A stretch of 54,571 nucleotides of DNA, counting the filler, from Stramenopiles sp. TOSAG23-3 (Eukaryota), in the NCBI GenBank assembly GCA_900128585.1. It is 4 parts of 4 records of this genome, joined end to end, with 100 filler letters (N's around TTAATTAATTAA, not from the genome) between each part and the next. Parts side by side here need not be neighbours in the genome. Positions count along the whole stretch, not along the records: positions 1 to 25,164 come from LT642292.1; 3 more parts are not named here. One strand, given 5' to 3'. This document shows, in pieces, positions 11,270 through 21,468 of this stretch. A model generated the notes under the pieces. It saw only the letters and a list, made by a program, of their open reading frames with translations. It ran no database searches and was not told the origin of the DNA. Within the stretch, counting starts at the first letter, position 1, and each line of letters opens with the position of its first letter. A program made the position numbers and the translations under genes.

Positions 11270-12932
11270 ATGTCGGGCTTAAAAGGGACATATGGGGTTG
11301 GGTATGGGGGTGTAGACTTGGAAATGGTGCCTAATAAAGAGGAACGCATGTTTGTAATTGAATGTGGTAATGATGGAGCTTCTACCGTTGTGGCCAAAGC
11401 TCAGTCTAGGAAAAAATCAGTACGAGCGTTTGTAATAGAGTGCGAGAATGATGGAAGTTCTACCATAGTCGTGGGTAGCCCCGAAACTAAAAATGAGGAG
11501 AACGAAGAGGACGAAAATGATGAGAACGAGGAGATTACTTTGAATGCAATTCGGCAGCAAATGAAGGAACTCATTGAAAAACAGGAGAACAATATCAAGA
11601 CAATACACGAACTAGAGCAAGCCGTCAAGGTTCAGAATCAATGCAAGAGCGCCTCCACCATTTTGTTGAGGACGCAGACTTTCTTGTTGTAAAAGACGCG
11701 CCGCCAACCCTTGCAGGCGCATGCTTTTCGCTGTTGGTTCCTGTAATGTTGATTATTCTGGGAATCAATAAATGGGAAGAGTTTAACCAGCCCAACGTAT
11801 TGTTTCCATCCACGACATATTTTACACCAAGTTCGAGAAAGGCGTATCCCACGTCATTCAGATGTGTCCCGAGGGGGATGGACATTGGTTCGTTTGAAGG
11901 GGGTGGTTCTATGGAAGACATCGTTCGGGGTTCTGCCTGCGACGCGATGGACAAATCGTGCACCACTGCGTCCGATTGCTGTGACGCGCCAGGTTGGAAA
12001 TGTGATCCTTTTGGAAAGTGCAAGCGAGGGGGGTACCAAATCAAAGGCTCACTGTTTGGTCCTTGCAAAATCGATGAAGACAGTGGACTGTGAGCGATCG
12101 GTGCGCTTCAAAAATATGGGCAGTCGATGGGGAAGTCGTTTCGTGCGCAAATGGAGAACTGCCTAAGACGGGCAGTGGTAGCATGTTGATGGACGTAGGG
12201 GGTGGAAACGATACCATCTGTCTACCTTTGTGTTCCGACGAAGACTCGTCGTTGCTACTGTTCGGGTACAACAATTTGGCAACAAAATTCATCATCATAA
12301 ACGAGCTGAGGTGGGCCAACGGCCGAGGCCTGGAAGCCCTAGGACTACCCGAAAAAAATTCCACCGTGAGCAAGTTTAGCAGCAAATGCAAGATTCCCTA
12401 CGACCCAGATGAAGGCAACTGTTTTGGTTGGCCGCACCCCGTTCAATCGGACGAGACCATGGCGTCTGTCTTTGCTGTGGGAGCGAATGAGCTGTTCCCC
12501 GCAGCTACCTCTAGCAAAGTTACTGGGGCCAAGTACGAAATCTCAAGGTTCAACCTGACGTATGTTTCACCGACCTGGCCGGGCAAGAAAGTTCTGGTCA
12601 TGACTGAGGGATTCTCCCAAATTGTTCACTACGGATCTGTTGCATCGTCAATCTCCTACTCGTCTGAATCGTCGTGGGGAACAGACTTTCCGGAAACGGG
12701 CTACTTCATTGAAATTAAGAGCAGTCCAATGCACCATCATTTGGTTTCAATCTACCAAAATCCTGTCTTGGCAATTTTGGGGGCGATTGGCGGATACTTC
12801 TCGCTGCTGATGGCTTTGTTTGGTTATTTTAAGAAGTTTTCGCTGAAGGCAGGTCTGAAATGGGGCGTGCACTGTTGCCTTACAAAGACAGGGACGCATG
12901 TGGGAACTGAGTACAAAGTAAAACGACAATAA
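11270..12932 (+). pseudogene. Probable single gene for a two-TM membrane protein with a Cys-rich loop, split into three overlapping ORFs by two -1 frameshifts
   Basis: ORFs 11222/11270-11692, 11641-12093 and 12090-12932 overlap in successive -1 frames. TM1 is PPTLAGACFSLLVPVMLIILGI and TM2 is AILGAIGGYFSLLMALFGYF. No GT-AG intron explains the shifts. Confidence 0.55.
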
Positions 12933-12939
12933 ATTTTAA

Positions 12940-13027
12940 AAAACAAGAAAATTGGCTGTTATTTTAAGTAATTAAAATTAATGTACTGCGAACTGAAATC
13001 TAGATTTAGACATTCTAGGTTTGCATT
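12940..13027 (+). repeat. 3'-intergenic repeat family: core motif plus full module B
   Basis: Matches 45732-45818 except for one substitution and one indel; starts 8 bp after the stop at 12932. Confidence 0.92.
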
Positions 13028-13593
13028 CCATAGGAAAAGAAAAAGGAAAAAAGTACATATATTCCTAGACTACCTCGTACATATTGTTCATCAAACCTCT
13101 ACTGGAATAACTCAAAACCCCGAGAACGTTGTCAATCAATCAAAAAAACCCACACCTATATATATTCGTATTCTAACACTATTATATAAATACAATTTAT
13201 TAGTTACTAAATTCATTCCGTATTGCAATGTAGTAAAAGAACGCCCCGCCATCCGCCACCGCGGTGCTGTACGGCTGTGATAAAAAAAATTGTGATGACC
13301 CACCACCACGGACCACGGCCGGCCCAGGGACCCAGGGACCAGGCAGCAGGGTCTTCTCTGCTGAGATTTTATTAATATTTGTACATTCTTCTTTCTACAC
13401 GTACATCGATGTTGGATGTGTTAATTTGATGTATGTAAGTTATATATCTATTGATGATTACAAACTGAAAGTGAAAAGTAATATCTAGTTCGTGGGAAGG
13501 TGGAACCAAAGAAATATACGTTTTAATCGATTTTGTGCAATCCGTCCTGTTTCTTTTGTGTTGCATAGAGTGAGGAATTAATAACAAATAAAG

Positions 13594-15132
13594 ATGGCTG
13601 CACTGTCAGACTTTGAGAAAATGCGCATGGCGCTTATCCAGAACATTGCTTCTGCGTCTACGCCAGAAAAGGTTGCTGCGCTTTTGGCGAAATTTAATAG
13701 TCCAGAAGCCGAGGCTGCTGCCGAGGAAACGAAAGAGAAAGAAGAAGAGCCGCCTGCGCCGAAAGAATCAGAGTTCGTAGTGAATGCTAGAAAGGCGCTT
13801 CGCAAGGTAGGCCCTGCAAATTTTTTCAAGTTCGGGCAACTGTTGGCTGGAAGCGATGGTGAAAACACTGGTACCGTCAGCGTCGAAAGTTTGGAGGGGG
13901 CGTTCGCGGGCGTTCTGGGCAGCGCGGGGGATCTATCCGACGAAGTTTTTGATGGTTTAAAGAACGAGTTTATTGACCCGAGCGGTGGCGGTGGAGTGGC
14001 GCATGGCGCTCTTTACGAGGCCCTTTTGGGCGGGGCGCTGGAAGGGTCCCGGAAGAACATGTCCGACTCTGCGTTTCAGTCGTTTGAGAGGGTTGGTGCC
14101 GACCAAAAGTGCATTTCTCTTGCGTCTTTGCTCGAGACATTTTCACCAAAGAACCACCCCGACGTAAAAGCGGGTACTGTCACTGCAGATCAGATTGCAG
14201 TGGAATTTTGGCAAATGTTTCGCTGCACAGACGGCGAGGGAAGGGTGTCCACGGACGACTGGGAACGGTACAGTCGCGTCCAAAGCGCTATGCACGACGA
14301 CGACGAAACGTTCCAACTGTTCCTTCGTAGAGTTTGGAAAATGAGTGGAAACTTTCTGCTGTACGATTACATCCAAACGTCGCCGTCAAAACAGCCAACC
14401 GTTAGAGAGACGGGCAAGAAAATGATACAACACAGGCACGACGAACTGTACCGTGGCCAGGTGTCGGTCACGACCCCGGAGAGTGTCGTAGTGAAACACC
14501 ACGGGAAAAAAGCAGGGAAGCACATGGAATCGCACATGAGTGGTGCCAGCGCCATGTCTACAGCAGATGAGCCAAAGCGGGGCAAGAAAGCCCATCGGTA
14601 TGACAATGTTTCGCAGCTTGAAGGGATGACACCTAAGAAAGAAGTGGAGTACCGTCGCAGCAAAAAGATAAGCGAACGTTCGCCAATCGACACCCTTTCT
14701 GGCTCTGGGGTGGATCCAGGGCAACTTTCAGTAAAACCTAGTCTGCGTCTGATAGAAAAACAAGATCATTTTCACTCCGATACCGTCGGGGTTGCCCATA
14801 CAAAGGACCCTGTGCGAGGGCTGAAGCACAACGACGAAATCCATGCTGATCATTTTGAAAACGGTATTGCGCAGGACGAACAACCTTCCCCCCGTGGCTT
14901 AAAGCGCATTGTTGTCGAAGGTCATATGGAAAATACTGGAGTATCCTCAGCAAAGTTAGAAACCCTCCGGGAGCGCACGAGTAAAAGCATTGTCAGTCAT
15001 GATCCCTACTATTGGAACGAAAAACAATCTGTGAAAAACAGACATTCGAAAGATGAAGAACCGAAATACCGTGGTAAGTCGATTAGAAAAGGTGTTACTC
15101 CCGGCGGGAACAGCCAAATTGTATTCGGGTGA
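13594..15132 (+). CDS. Calcyphosin-like (degenerate EF-hand) protein with a repetitive C-terminal half and terminal PGG motif
   Basis: HPDVKAGTVTADQIAVEFWQMF...DDDETFQLFLRRVWKM resembles the calcyphosin C-terminus; the protein ends TPGGNSQIVFG. Confidence 0.7.
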   Translation: MAALSDFEKMRMALIQNIASASTPEKVAALLAKFNSPEAEAAAEETKEKEEEPPAPKESEFVVNARKALRKVGPANFFKFGQLLAGSDGENTGTVSVESLEGAFAGVLGSAGDLSDEVFDGLKNEFIDPSGGGGVAHGALYEALLGGALEGSRKNMSDSAFQSFERVGADQKCISLASLLETFSPKNHPDVKAGTVTADQIAVEFWQMFRCTDGEGRVSTDDWERYSRVQSAMHDDDETFQLFLRRVWKMSGNFLLYDYIQTSPSKQPTVRETGKKMIQHRHDELYRGQVSVTTPESVVVKHHGKKAGKHMESHMSGASAMSTADEPKRGKKAHRYDNVSQLEGMTPKKEVEYRRSKKISERSPIDTLSGSGVDPGQLSVKPSLRLIEKQDHFHSDTVGVAHTKDPVRGLKHNDEIHADHFENGIAQDEQPSPRGLKRIVVEGHMENTGVSSAKLETLRERTSKSIVSHDPYYWNEKQSVKNRHSKDEEPKYRGKSIRKGVTPGGNSQIVFG

Positions 15133-15242
15133 TGAAACGTGGCGCTCTTTCATTAATGGAAGTGTACTCCATAATTAAATTAAAAACAAAAAACTGGAAG
15201 TTAATTCAGCCATGTCATATTAATAAAATATTATTCTAATAA

Positions 15243-15528
15243 AAACAAAAAAATTGGCTGTTATTAAAGTATAATATTAAGACAAGAAAAACAAGAAAAA
15301 TTGGCTGTTATTTTTTATAGTAATTAAAATTAAAGAAAAAAAGAAGGTGTCAGTTCAAGAACAATNNNNNNNNNNNNNNNNTTGGTCTTAAAAGTACACA
15401 GCGGCATAAATGTTTTAAAGGGGCTCGTTGTCTGTGGTACTGCTCAATGAAATAATGATCCGGTATTGAGTTTGATCGTTTCGTGGTCGTATACACATAT
15501 GATATGATACAAGAAAATTGGCTGTTAT
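15243..15528 (+). repeat. 3'-intergenic repeat family: three core motifs plus module C, interrupted by a 16-N gap
   Basis: Core copies at 15243-15264, 15289-15311 and 15509-15528. 15382-15460 is the reverse complement of 41738-41816 (78/79 nt). Confidence 0.9.
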
Positions 15529-15848
15529 ATTATAATTAAAAAAAATTGTACTTCTATTATTACAAAGTTAGCAAACGACAAAAAAAGAGGGCGCCATCAA
15601 GAGGCAAAAAGGAGAAAAGTTGAACAATATATAATAAGCTTTTTTTTTTAAAGAACTTTGCTTTTACGGCTTACAGTCCTAAGATCATAAAGAGTTTGGT
15701 ACGAGTATTTCGTAAGAACGGTTAAAATTTATATTTTGTAAATACACACGGGTACATTTCAAACATTGCGCCCACTAACAAAGCGCGTTTCCAAATTCAT
15801 CGCACGCACGAGCCCGCGCGCGATTCGTTCCATGACGCGGAGGCCACT

Positions 15849-18800
15849 TTATGGTGCTGGAGATTCACCAGCTGTGGCATCGTCTTGTAACATCAGCCTA
15901 TCAGCTTTGCGATCGTCCATGTCTCGATAACTAGTTTCGCCGCGCGACTGGCGCCGGGGCTGCACCCGAGAGGGGGTGCCCGGGGGAAGCTCGCTTTTCT
16001 TTGACGATCGCTTCCCACTCCGAGCACTGCCGCGAGGAGATGCTGACTGCCTTCGAGCCACTTTCGAAAGCTTTCGCGGCGACGAAATCCGTCTCTGCCT
16101 GGGTGTGTTCTCGTTGGAATGCGGGGTGGACTTTCTCTTCTTCTCGCTGGTAGATGGCGTCTTTGCTTTGGTTTTTTTTAACTTTTCCAAAAAGTTTTCC
16201 TCCAACAAAGGCTCGCGATTCCTTGCATTCTCGGACATTCGGAACAAATTCGGCGGCAGCTTGAACTTCTCTGGCTCTCCAAACTCATTCTTTTTCGAGG
16301 ATTTCGATTTCGATTTCATTGTCAAAATCATCAGCTCCGCGACAGTCCGTGTATATTTTGTCTTCCTCAGCACATCGTCGCTGTTGTCGACGCAGCGCAA
16401 CAACTCCATCAAGTAGGAAAAATTATAAAACCCAGCAGACGGGAAGGATTTCAACAGAAAATTGATTAACCGGCGCTGCGAACTGTACTTTTCGTCGTCC
16501 TTCCGACCGTAATAATGAGCAATCAAATGAGCAGCGTAAACAACCAGGCTCTCCGGGCGATACAAATTTCGGAGCAAATCCAGGGTATGATCGGGCAAAT
16601 TTGGGGTCTTGGCGTACTGGAAGAAGACACGCTTGGCCGCGTTCAAAATTTCACTAATCTGCTTTTGTGCATCACTCTTTGCGCTGATGTCCTCGTCCAG
16701 GCCCCGGAGAACCAACAAGGCCCCATATTTTGTTGGCTTCCCCAGTGGTCTTTTGGACGTAGAGCAACACGCCTTCTTGACCCTTTCGCAAAATTCATCC
16801 CTTACGTACTCGTCTTTGTCTTTGACTAACTGGCCCAGCACTTGCCACGTCCTGGCATCCACGACCGCTTCGATTTCATTGCGGCGTGCGCACTTCAAAA
16901 CGGCATTTCCAGCAGCCAGCCGCACTGCAGAATGCTCGCTGTCTCGAACGAATCGTCGCATTGAACTCATCACACGCTCCCCTTCCCGGAGGAACAAGGG
17001 GCGTGATCCCTTCAGCGGAGAATTTATCAAGCTGTTACCCAGCCATTTTATTGCGGAGACCACCACTGACGTCGGTACGCTCGGCTGCTGCGACCCCGAC
17101 GAGTGCGCCTCGCCCTGCCGTGGCGTGCAGTGCTTCTTCACAAAACTGTTTATCTTGTCCCAGCATCCCTCTATCATGTTCGGAAGGCTTTCCGCGCAGA
17201 CCGCGAAACTCATCAGCACAGCGTCAAGGTGCTCGTTTTCGATGGACAACGAGTCCCCGGCCATGCACTCTCGAATGTAGTGGTTCCAAAACATAATTCC
17301 CGTCTTAGATTTAGGCTGCTGGATTGTTGCTAAGATGCGCGTCGCGTACTTTGCGTGGTCTGCGACGCCGTTCTTCCCTATGTGAATCAGCGTTTTGATG
17401 ACGGAGCTTGTGATATACTTCGACAAAACGTGCGAACCAACTTTCGATAACGTTTTCGCCAGTGTTCGCAAAACACTCTGGGCGATATCAACGTGCTCCG
17501 AGGAGAGCAGCGGCGTCATATATTTCAGCGCCCACTCTAGGTGGTCGGGCATCTCCGCGTCGCAGGTGACTTCGCCGATAAACTGGAGAACATCTAGCGC
17601 CTTCCCCTCGTCGTTGTCGTCGTTGCATTCTTTCGCAATGCGCGCGATATGGCCGAACGATAGCTTCTCTGCGGAGACCGTCGGCACAATAATAAGGCTA
17701 AAGAGGGACTTGAAGTATTGGCCCAACGGCGTCTTCGATCCCAGCCGTCCAAGGATGTAATCGCGAGAAGCAATCGCGTCTTTGTACGAAATGGACGAAG
17801 TGCATATATTTACAAGCGATCGAAAGATGGTCTGGTCCTTCGACTCCAGCAAGGTTGCAAAATGTTTCTTGCCGTTTTTCCCCGGGAGATTATTCGCAAG
17901 GGCCCCGACGGTCACGTCGATCGTTTTCTGTACACTGCGCTTCTTCTTGTCGGCGCCTGCAGGCGCGTCTGCCGCCGACGAAAGCGCTTTCTTCAGGTCC
18001 TCCCGCAGCGCCACCATTTTTTTCACCTGCTTTCGTACCACACCACGAAACTTCAGCGCCGAAATGAACGCGTCCCGCTGGTCCCGAGAAAACGAACGGT
18101 AGCAAGACACAAGTATTTCCGCCCTGACTTTCAACGAGGCCCCTTTCGGGAGAATGACTTGGTCGAACATCTTCCATGTGGTCATCTGCTGAGCAGGGCT
18201 TCGGTTGGGCCGAGCAAAGGTTTGCACGAGCGCTCCTGGGATCTCCAGAACCCGCTCTGTAATATTATTCGAGAACTGCGTGAAGAACGTAGAACCGAGC
18301 GTTGGGTCCCAATCCTGTGGCCATATGTTACTAATGTAGGCAGCGAAAACTTTGGCCAAGCCCACCGTTGCCGCGCGCGACACCTCCGTCTTCTTGTCGT
18401 CCATGCGGTTGATAATGCGGCGCAAGGCGCTCTTTGGCAAGAGCATGACGTTGTAAAACGCTAGGGTGCACAGTTTGTCTACCGCCTGGAACCGAACATC
18501 GACGTCTATATCTAACAATTTCTCTACGACCCGTGGCAAAATATCGCCTTGAAGTTCTGGCCGTGCCCGCTGCAGCTGGACGCCACCGATGACCATCTCC
18601 TTGCGGACCTGGGGCGACTTGTCCAAGAACCGCCCGAGCCAGTCTTGAAAAACAGCCTGGTGGTCCCTTGCCAAATGCGTGAATTCGGCAAACAATTTAC
18701 CAAGAAGGGCCACTGTCCTTAATCGAATGTTCTCGTCTTCTGCCTGGAGCTGCTGCCCCAAGTTCGGCATGATGCTGAGCAAAATATTAAAGTTCTTCTT

Positions 18801-19682
18801 TCTGCAGATAAGGTGCAGCTCGTAAATCAACGGGTGTACGTATTTTCTAATTTCACTCTTCTCTTCTCCCACGACGGACGTGCTCACCAAGGTGCTGTTG
18901 ATAAAGTCCACGATGCTCGGGACCAAGGAGTCAAGGCAGTGCGAAATTATCATCCGGACCAGTTTGAAAGATCTCGGCTGCTCCGCGACCCGGGCCATTT
19001 CTCCGTCGATCAGCTGGAGCTCGCCGTCGTTTCTCAGCTCTTTGATCAGCGGGCGCAGGAGGACGTCCAGGACGCTCTCTGGGATCCCTCCGTCCTCCAT
19101 TTCGTCCAAACAGGTGCACAGGATTTGCCCCATGGCGGCGGAAATTCCTTGGGAGTGCCGAGGGTGAATGCTCGTGAGAACGGCGTCGAAAAGGTCGACA
19201 ACCATGCTCTCTGAGTGTTTCGCGCTTTCCATAAAGTCTTCCACAAGCAGAACGCCCAGTGAGTCCTCCGCAAACACTTGCAAAATCCGGCAACGCGTGG
19301 GGAACGCGCTGTCCGCCATGTCCGGCACTCCCCTGATTTGCTGAATGATTAGGTTAAATATACCCTTCATCACGGATCGTTTCAGTTTCGGTTTGTTGGG
19401 CGCCACGACCCGTAGGACTTCGGTCAAAATTCCGGCCGTGAGAACGCGAACGTCCTTCTGTTTGTGCTGGATCATTGCGCTGCTTGCCAGAATGGGCAGC
19501 GCAAAGTCGCTTAATTCCGGGATTGCGCCAGAGACGTGCCTGTCCTTGATGCTCGCGTACAACGCTTCCAAGTGCTTCAACATTTGAGCCTTTTTGAACG
19601 TCTGAAAGTTGACCTGCCCTAATTTTCCCAACGGCGTGTTCTTGTACGCCGTGGACGTCTTCTTTCTTTTTCGGGTAGTCAT
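15849..19682 (-). CDS. PDS5: Sister chromatid cohesion protein PDS5
   Basis: HKQKDVRVLTAGILTEVLRVVAP, HPLIYELH, QLQAEDENIRLRTVALLGKLF, WLGRFLDKSPQVR, RMDDKKTEV, HEAT repeats and a basic S/TP-rich tail. The likely start is MTTRKRKK (19682); the ORF extends to 19862. Confidence 0.93.
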   Translation of the reverse strand: MTTRKRKKTSTAYKNTPLGKLGQVNFQTFKKAQMLKHLEALYASIKDRHVSGAIPELSDFALPILASSAMIQHKQKDVRVLTAGILTEVLRVVAPNKPKLKRSVMKGIFNLIIQQIRGVPDMADSAFPTRCRILQVFAEDSLGVLLVEDFMESAKHSESMVVDLFDAVLTSIHPRHSQGISAAMGQILCTCLDEMEDGGIPESVLDVLLRPLIKELRNDGELQLIDGEMARVAEQPRSFKLVRMIISHCLDSLVPSIVDFINSTLVSTSVVGEEKSEIRKYVHPLIYELHLICRKKNFNILLSIMPNLGQQLQAEDENIRLRTVALLGKLFAEFTHLARDHQAVFQDWLGRFLDKSPQVRKEMVIGGVQLQRARPELQGDILPRVVEKLLDIDVDVRFQAVDKLCTLAFYNVMLLPKSALRRIINRMDDKKTEVSRAATVGLAKVFAAYISNIWPQDWDPTLGSTFFTQFSNNITERVLEIPGALVQTFARPNRSPAQQMTTWKMFDQVILPKGASLKVRAEILVSCYRSFSRDQRDAFISALKFRGVVRKQVKKMVALREDLKKALSSAADAPAGADKKKRSVQKTIDVTVGALANNLPGKNGKKHFATLLESKDQTIFRSLVNICTSSISYKDAIASRDYILGRLGSKTPLGQYFKSLFSLIIVPTVSAEKLSFGHIARIAKECNDDNDEGKALDVLQFIGEVTCDAEMPDHLEWALKYMTPLLSSEHVDIAQSVLRTLAKTLSKVGSHVLSKYITSSVIKTLIHIGKNGVADHAKYATRILATIQQPKSKTGIMFWNHYIRECMAGDSLSIENEHLDAVLMSFAVCAESLPNMIEGCWDKINSFVKKHCTPRQGEAHSSGSQQPSVPTSVVVSAIKWLGNSLINSPLKGSRPLFLREGERVMSSMRRFVRDSEHSAVRLAAGNAVLKCARRNEIEAVVDARTWQVLGQLVKDKDEYVRDEFCERVKKACCSTSKRPLGKPTKYGALLVLRGLDEDISAKSDAQKQISEILNAAKRVFFQYAKTPNLPDHTLDLLRNLYRPESLVVYAAHLIAHYYGRKDDEKYSSQRRLINFLLKSFPSAGFYNFSYLMELLRCVDNSDDVLRKTKYTRTVAELMILTMKSKSKSSKKNEFGEPEKFKLPPNLFRMSENARNREPLLEENFLEKLKKTKAKTPSTSEKKRKSTPHSNENTPRQRRISSPRKLSKVARRQSASPRGSARSGKRSSKKSELPPGTPSRVQPRRQSRGETSYRDMDDRKADRLMLQDDATAGESPAP

Positions 19683-20528
19683 GAGTCCTCGCTGATGCGG
19701 GTTGTCCAGTTGATCCCCTTGGTTGCGTACGTTCTTAACCCCTTTCCTTTTTTCTTTCCGTGCGTTCGGGTACTTTTTCTCGGTAATATTATGAACAAAA
19801 TCTGAAGCAGTACTTTGTTCATTCTTTTGAAAACACGGTCTCTTCAAAAACAAACCGTTCATTTATATAATCATCAAATTGGTTGGTTGGTTGGTAGGTA
19901 GGTATACAAAGTATATCTTATTGTAAAACCTTTCTTCTTCTTTTTTTTGAAATTATTTTTTTTTTTTTATTATTTATTTCTACTAACAACTAGAGAGCTA
20001 ACAACTACTGTATTATTACATTATTATTTGTTGTTTTTTTCTTCTTCTATCTTTTTTAATAATAAAATAATACCTAATGCTGTGTATAGCCAATATGGAT
20101 ATTTATTATTATTTATTGTTGTGTATTACTGGAATCATTTAGTATTGCTACAGTATCGCCAATATATGTTATACTTATACTTAATTAACACTACTAAACT
20201 ATTTTAATTGATTTATAGTCAAACATACAGATGCTATGTTCTTCCTAGAAACAAGAGGCTACTCTATACCTTGGTATCCTCGTAATTAATATTAATGGAA
20301 TTAAGCCGACAGAGAACTAGAGAACAGAGAGAGACTTCCCGCCAAATCATTCATAACTACAACTTTAATACCCTATTTTGAACTCTTATACCGTTGCCTT
20401 GCCGTTTCATGAATACGAGGATACGAGGTAGATATAAGAGACCGATGATATTAGAAGAGGAGGTGTGGAGAGTGGAGAGTAACCTTTTTATGACGATGAT
20501 GTCTAAAACTTAATACACCACACATTAG

Positions 20529-20671
20529 CTCGCTATTGGGGTAGCTTTTGGGGCTTATTGGGGTAGCCGAGCTACCCCAATAAGAAAAATACACAAACAG
20601 AAATTATTTCTATACAGGCACATATCGTTGGCCCCAAAAATATACAAAATATTTTTCTTATTGGGGTAGCT
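20529..20671. repeat. Left-end array of four TATTGGGGTAGC sites with nested inverted repeats
   Basis: Copies at 20534-45 (+), 20556-67 (+), 20571-82 (-) and 20659-70 (+). Perfect 14-bp inverted repeat 20554-67/20571-84 with a 3-nt spacer; perfect 22-bp inverted repeat 20570-91/20650-71. Confidence 0.92.
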
Positions 20672-21468
20672 TACGCACCCCGGTTATAGATAGGAAATGC
20701 TGTAGTCAGTCAAGTACGAATAAGAAATTTGTTCGTTATTTTTTAGTCCATTTTTTAGAGTTCTTTTACAATAATAGACGACTAATAAATAATAATAATG
20801 TGATTAATAATGAAACATAATGATGTGAATAATACTGTAGTAGTATATATTTATCTTTTTTATTAAAAGAACGAAATGCATCGTAAAAACTGTAATATCT
20901 GATATATTACACTACTGAATAATGTCTTAAGTACAATTAAAAATCCGCCGGTTTTAGAGATGCTCCAATGTTCTGTGATGTTCAAAAAATAAAACAAAAT
21001 CTTGGCAAAACGTCAAAAAATAAATTGATAGGACAATATTTGTTCTCTATGCTGTGTTTATGTATTTCATTCCCATTTTTTAGATAAAAGTTTTAATAAT
21101 AAAATAACAGTAATAAAAAAAATAATAATTTAATATAAAAATTGTCATCATCACTATACTAGTATATCATCACAGTATCATCATCGTCGTCGTCGTCAAT
21201 CAACAATAATATTTTTTTTTTAATAAATATTATTTTTATTATTATTTTTTAACTTTTTTTATTATAATTATTATACCCCAAGAGGAGTATTATATTTGGT
21301 ACAATATTGATACAAAAATTAAAGGCTTGCCAACGAAGTGGGACAAACTTATTGTTATCTGAGTTTACGAGAAATTCTGACATCAATAATTTAAAACACA
21401 TCAGCCCCTATTGTTCAGATAGTGTATCAATTTAACCAGAGTACTGCGTGTTCTGTTACCTTTGAGAT

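Noticed and set aside
12940-13027. Helitron 3' end (palindrome plus CTAG) or U6 snRNA similarity (AAAATTGG)
   Set aside because: There is no GC-rich hairpin with a CTAG|T junction, the copies extend past CTAG, and there is no U6 ACAGAGA box.
13301-13353. Short GC-rich repeats (ccacgg, cccaggga) upstream of the calcyphosin-like gene
   Set aside because: Only two copies of each short unit; no supportable RNA gene or element.
15243-15528. CRISPR-like reading of the clustered core motifs (also the 20529-20671 array)
   Set aside because: Irregular spacing, too few units, mixed orientations in the second array, no cas genes and a eukaryotic context.
20094-20098. TATGG as a CryptonS terminus
   Set aside because: No partner TATGG was found between the recombinase stop and the next gene; the repeat-defined ends fit better.
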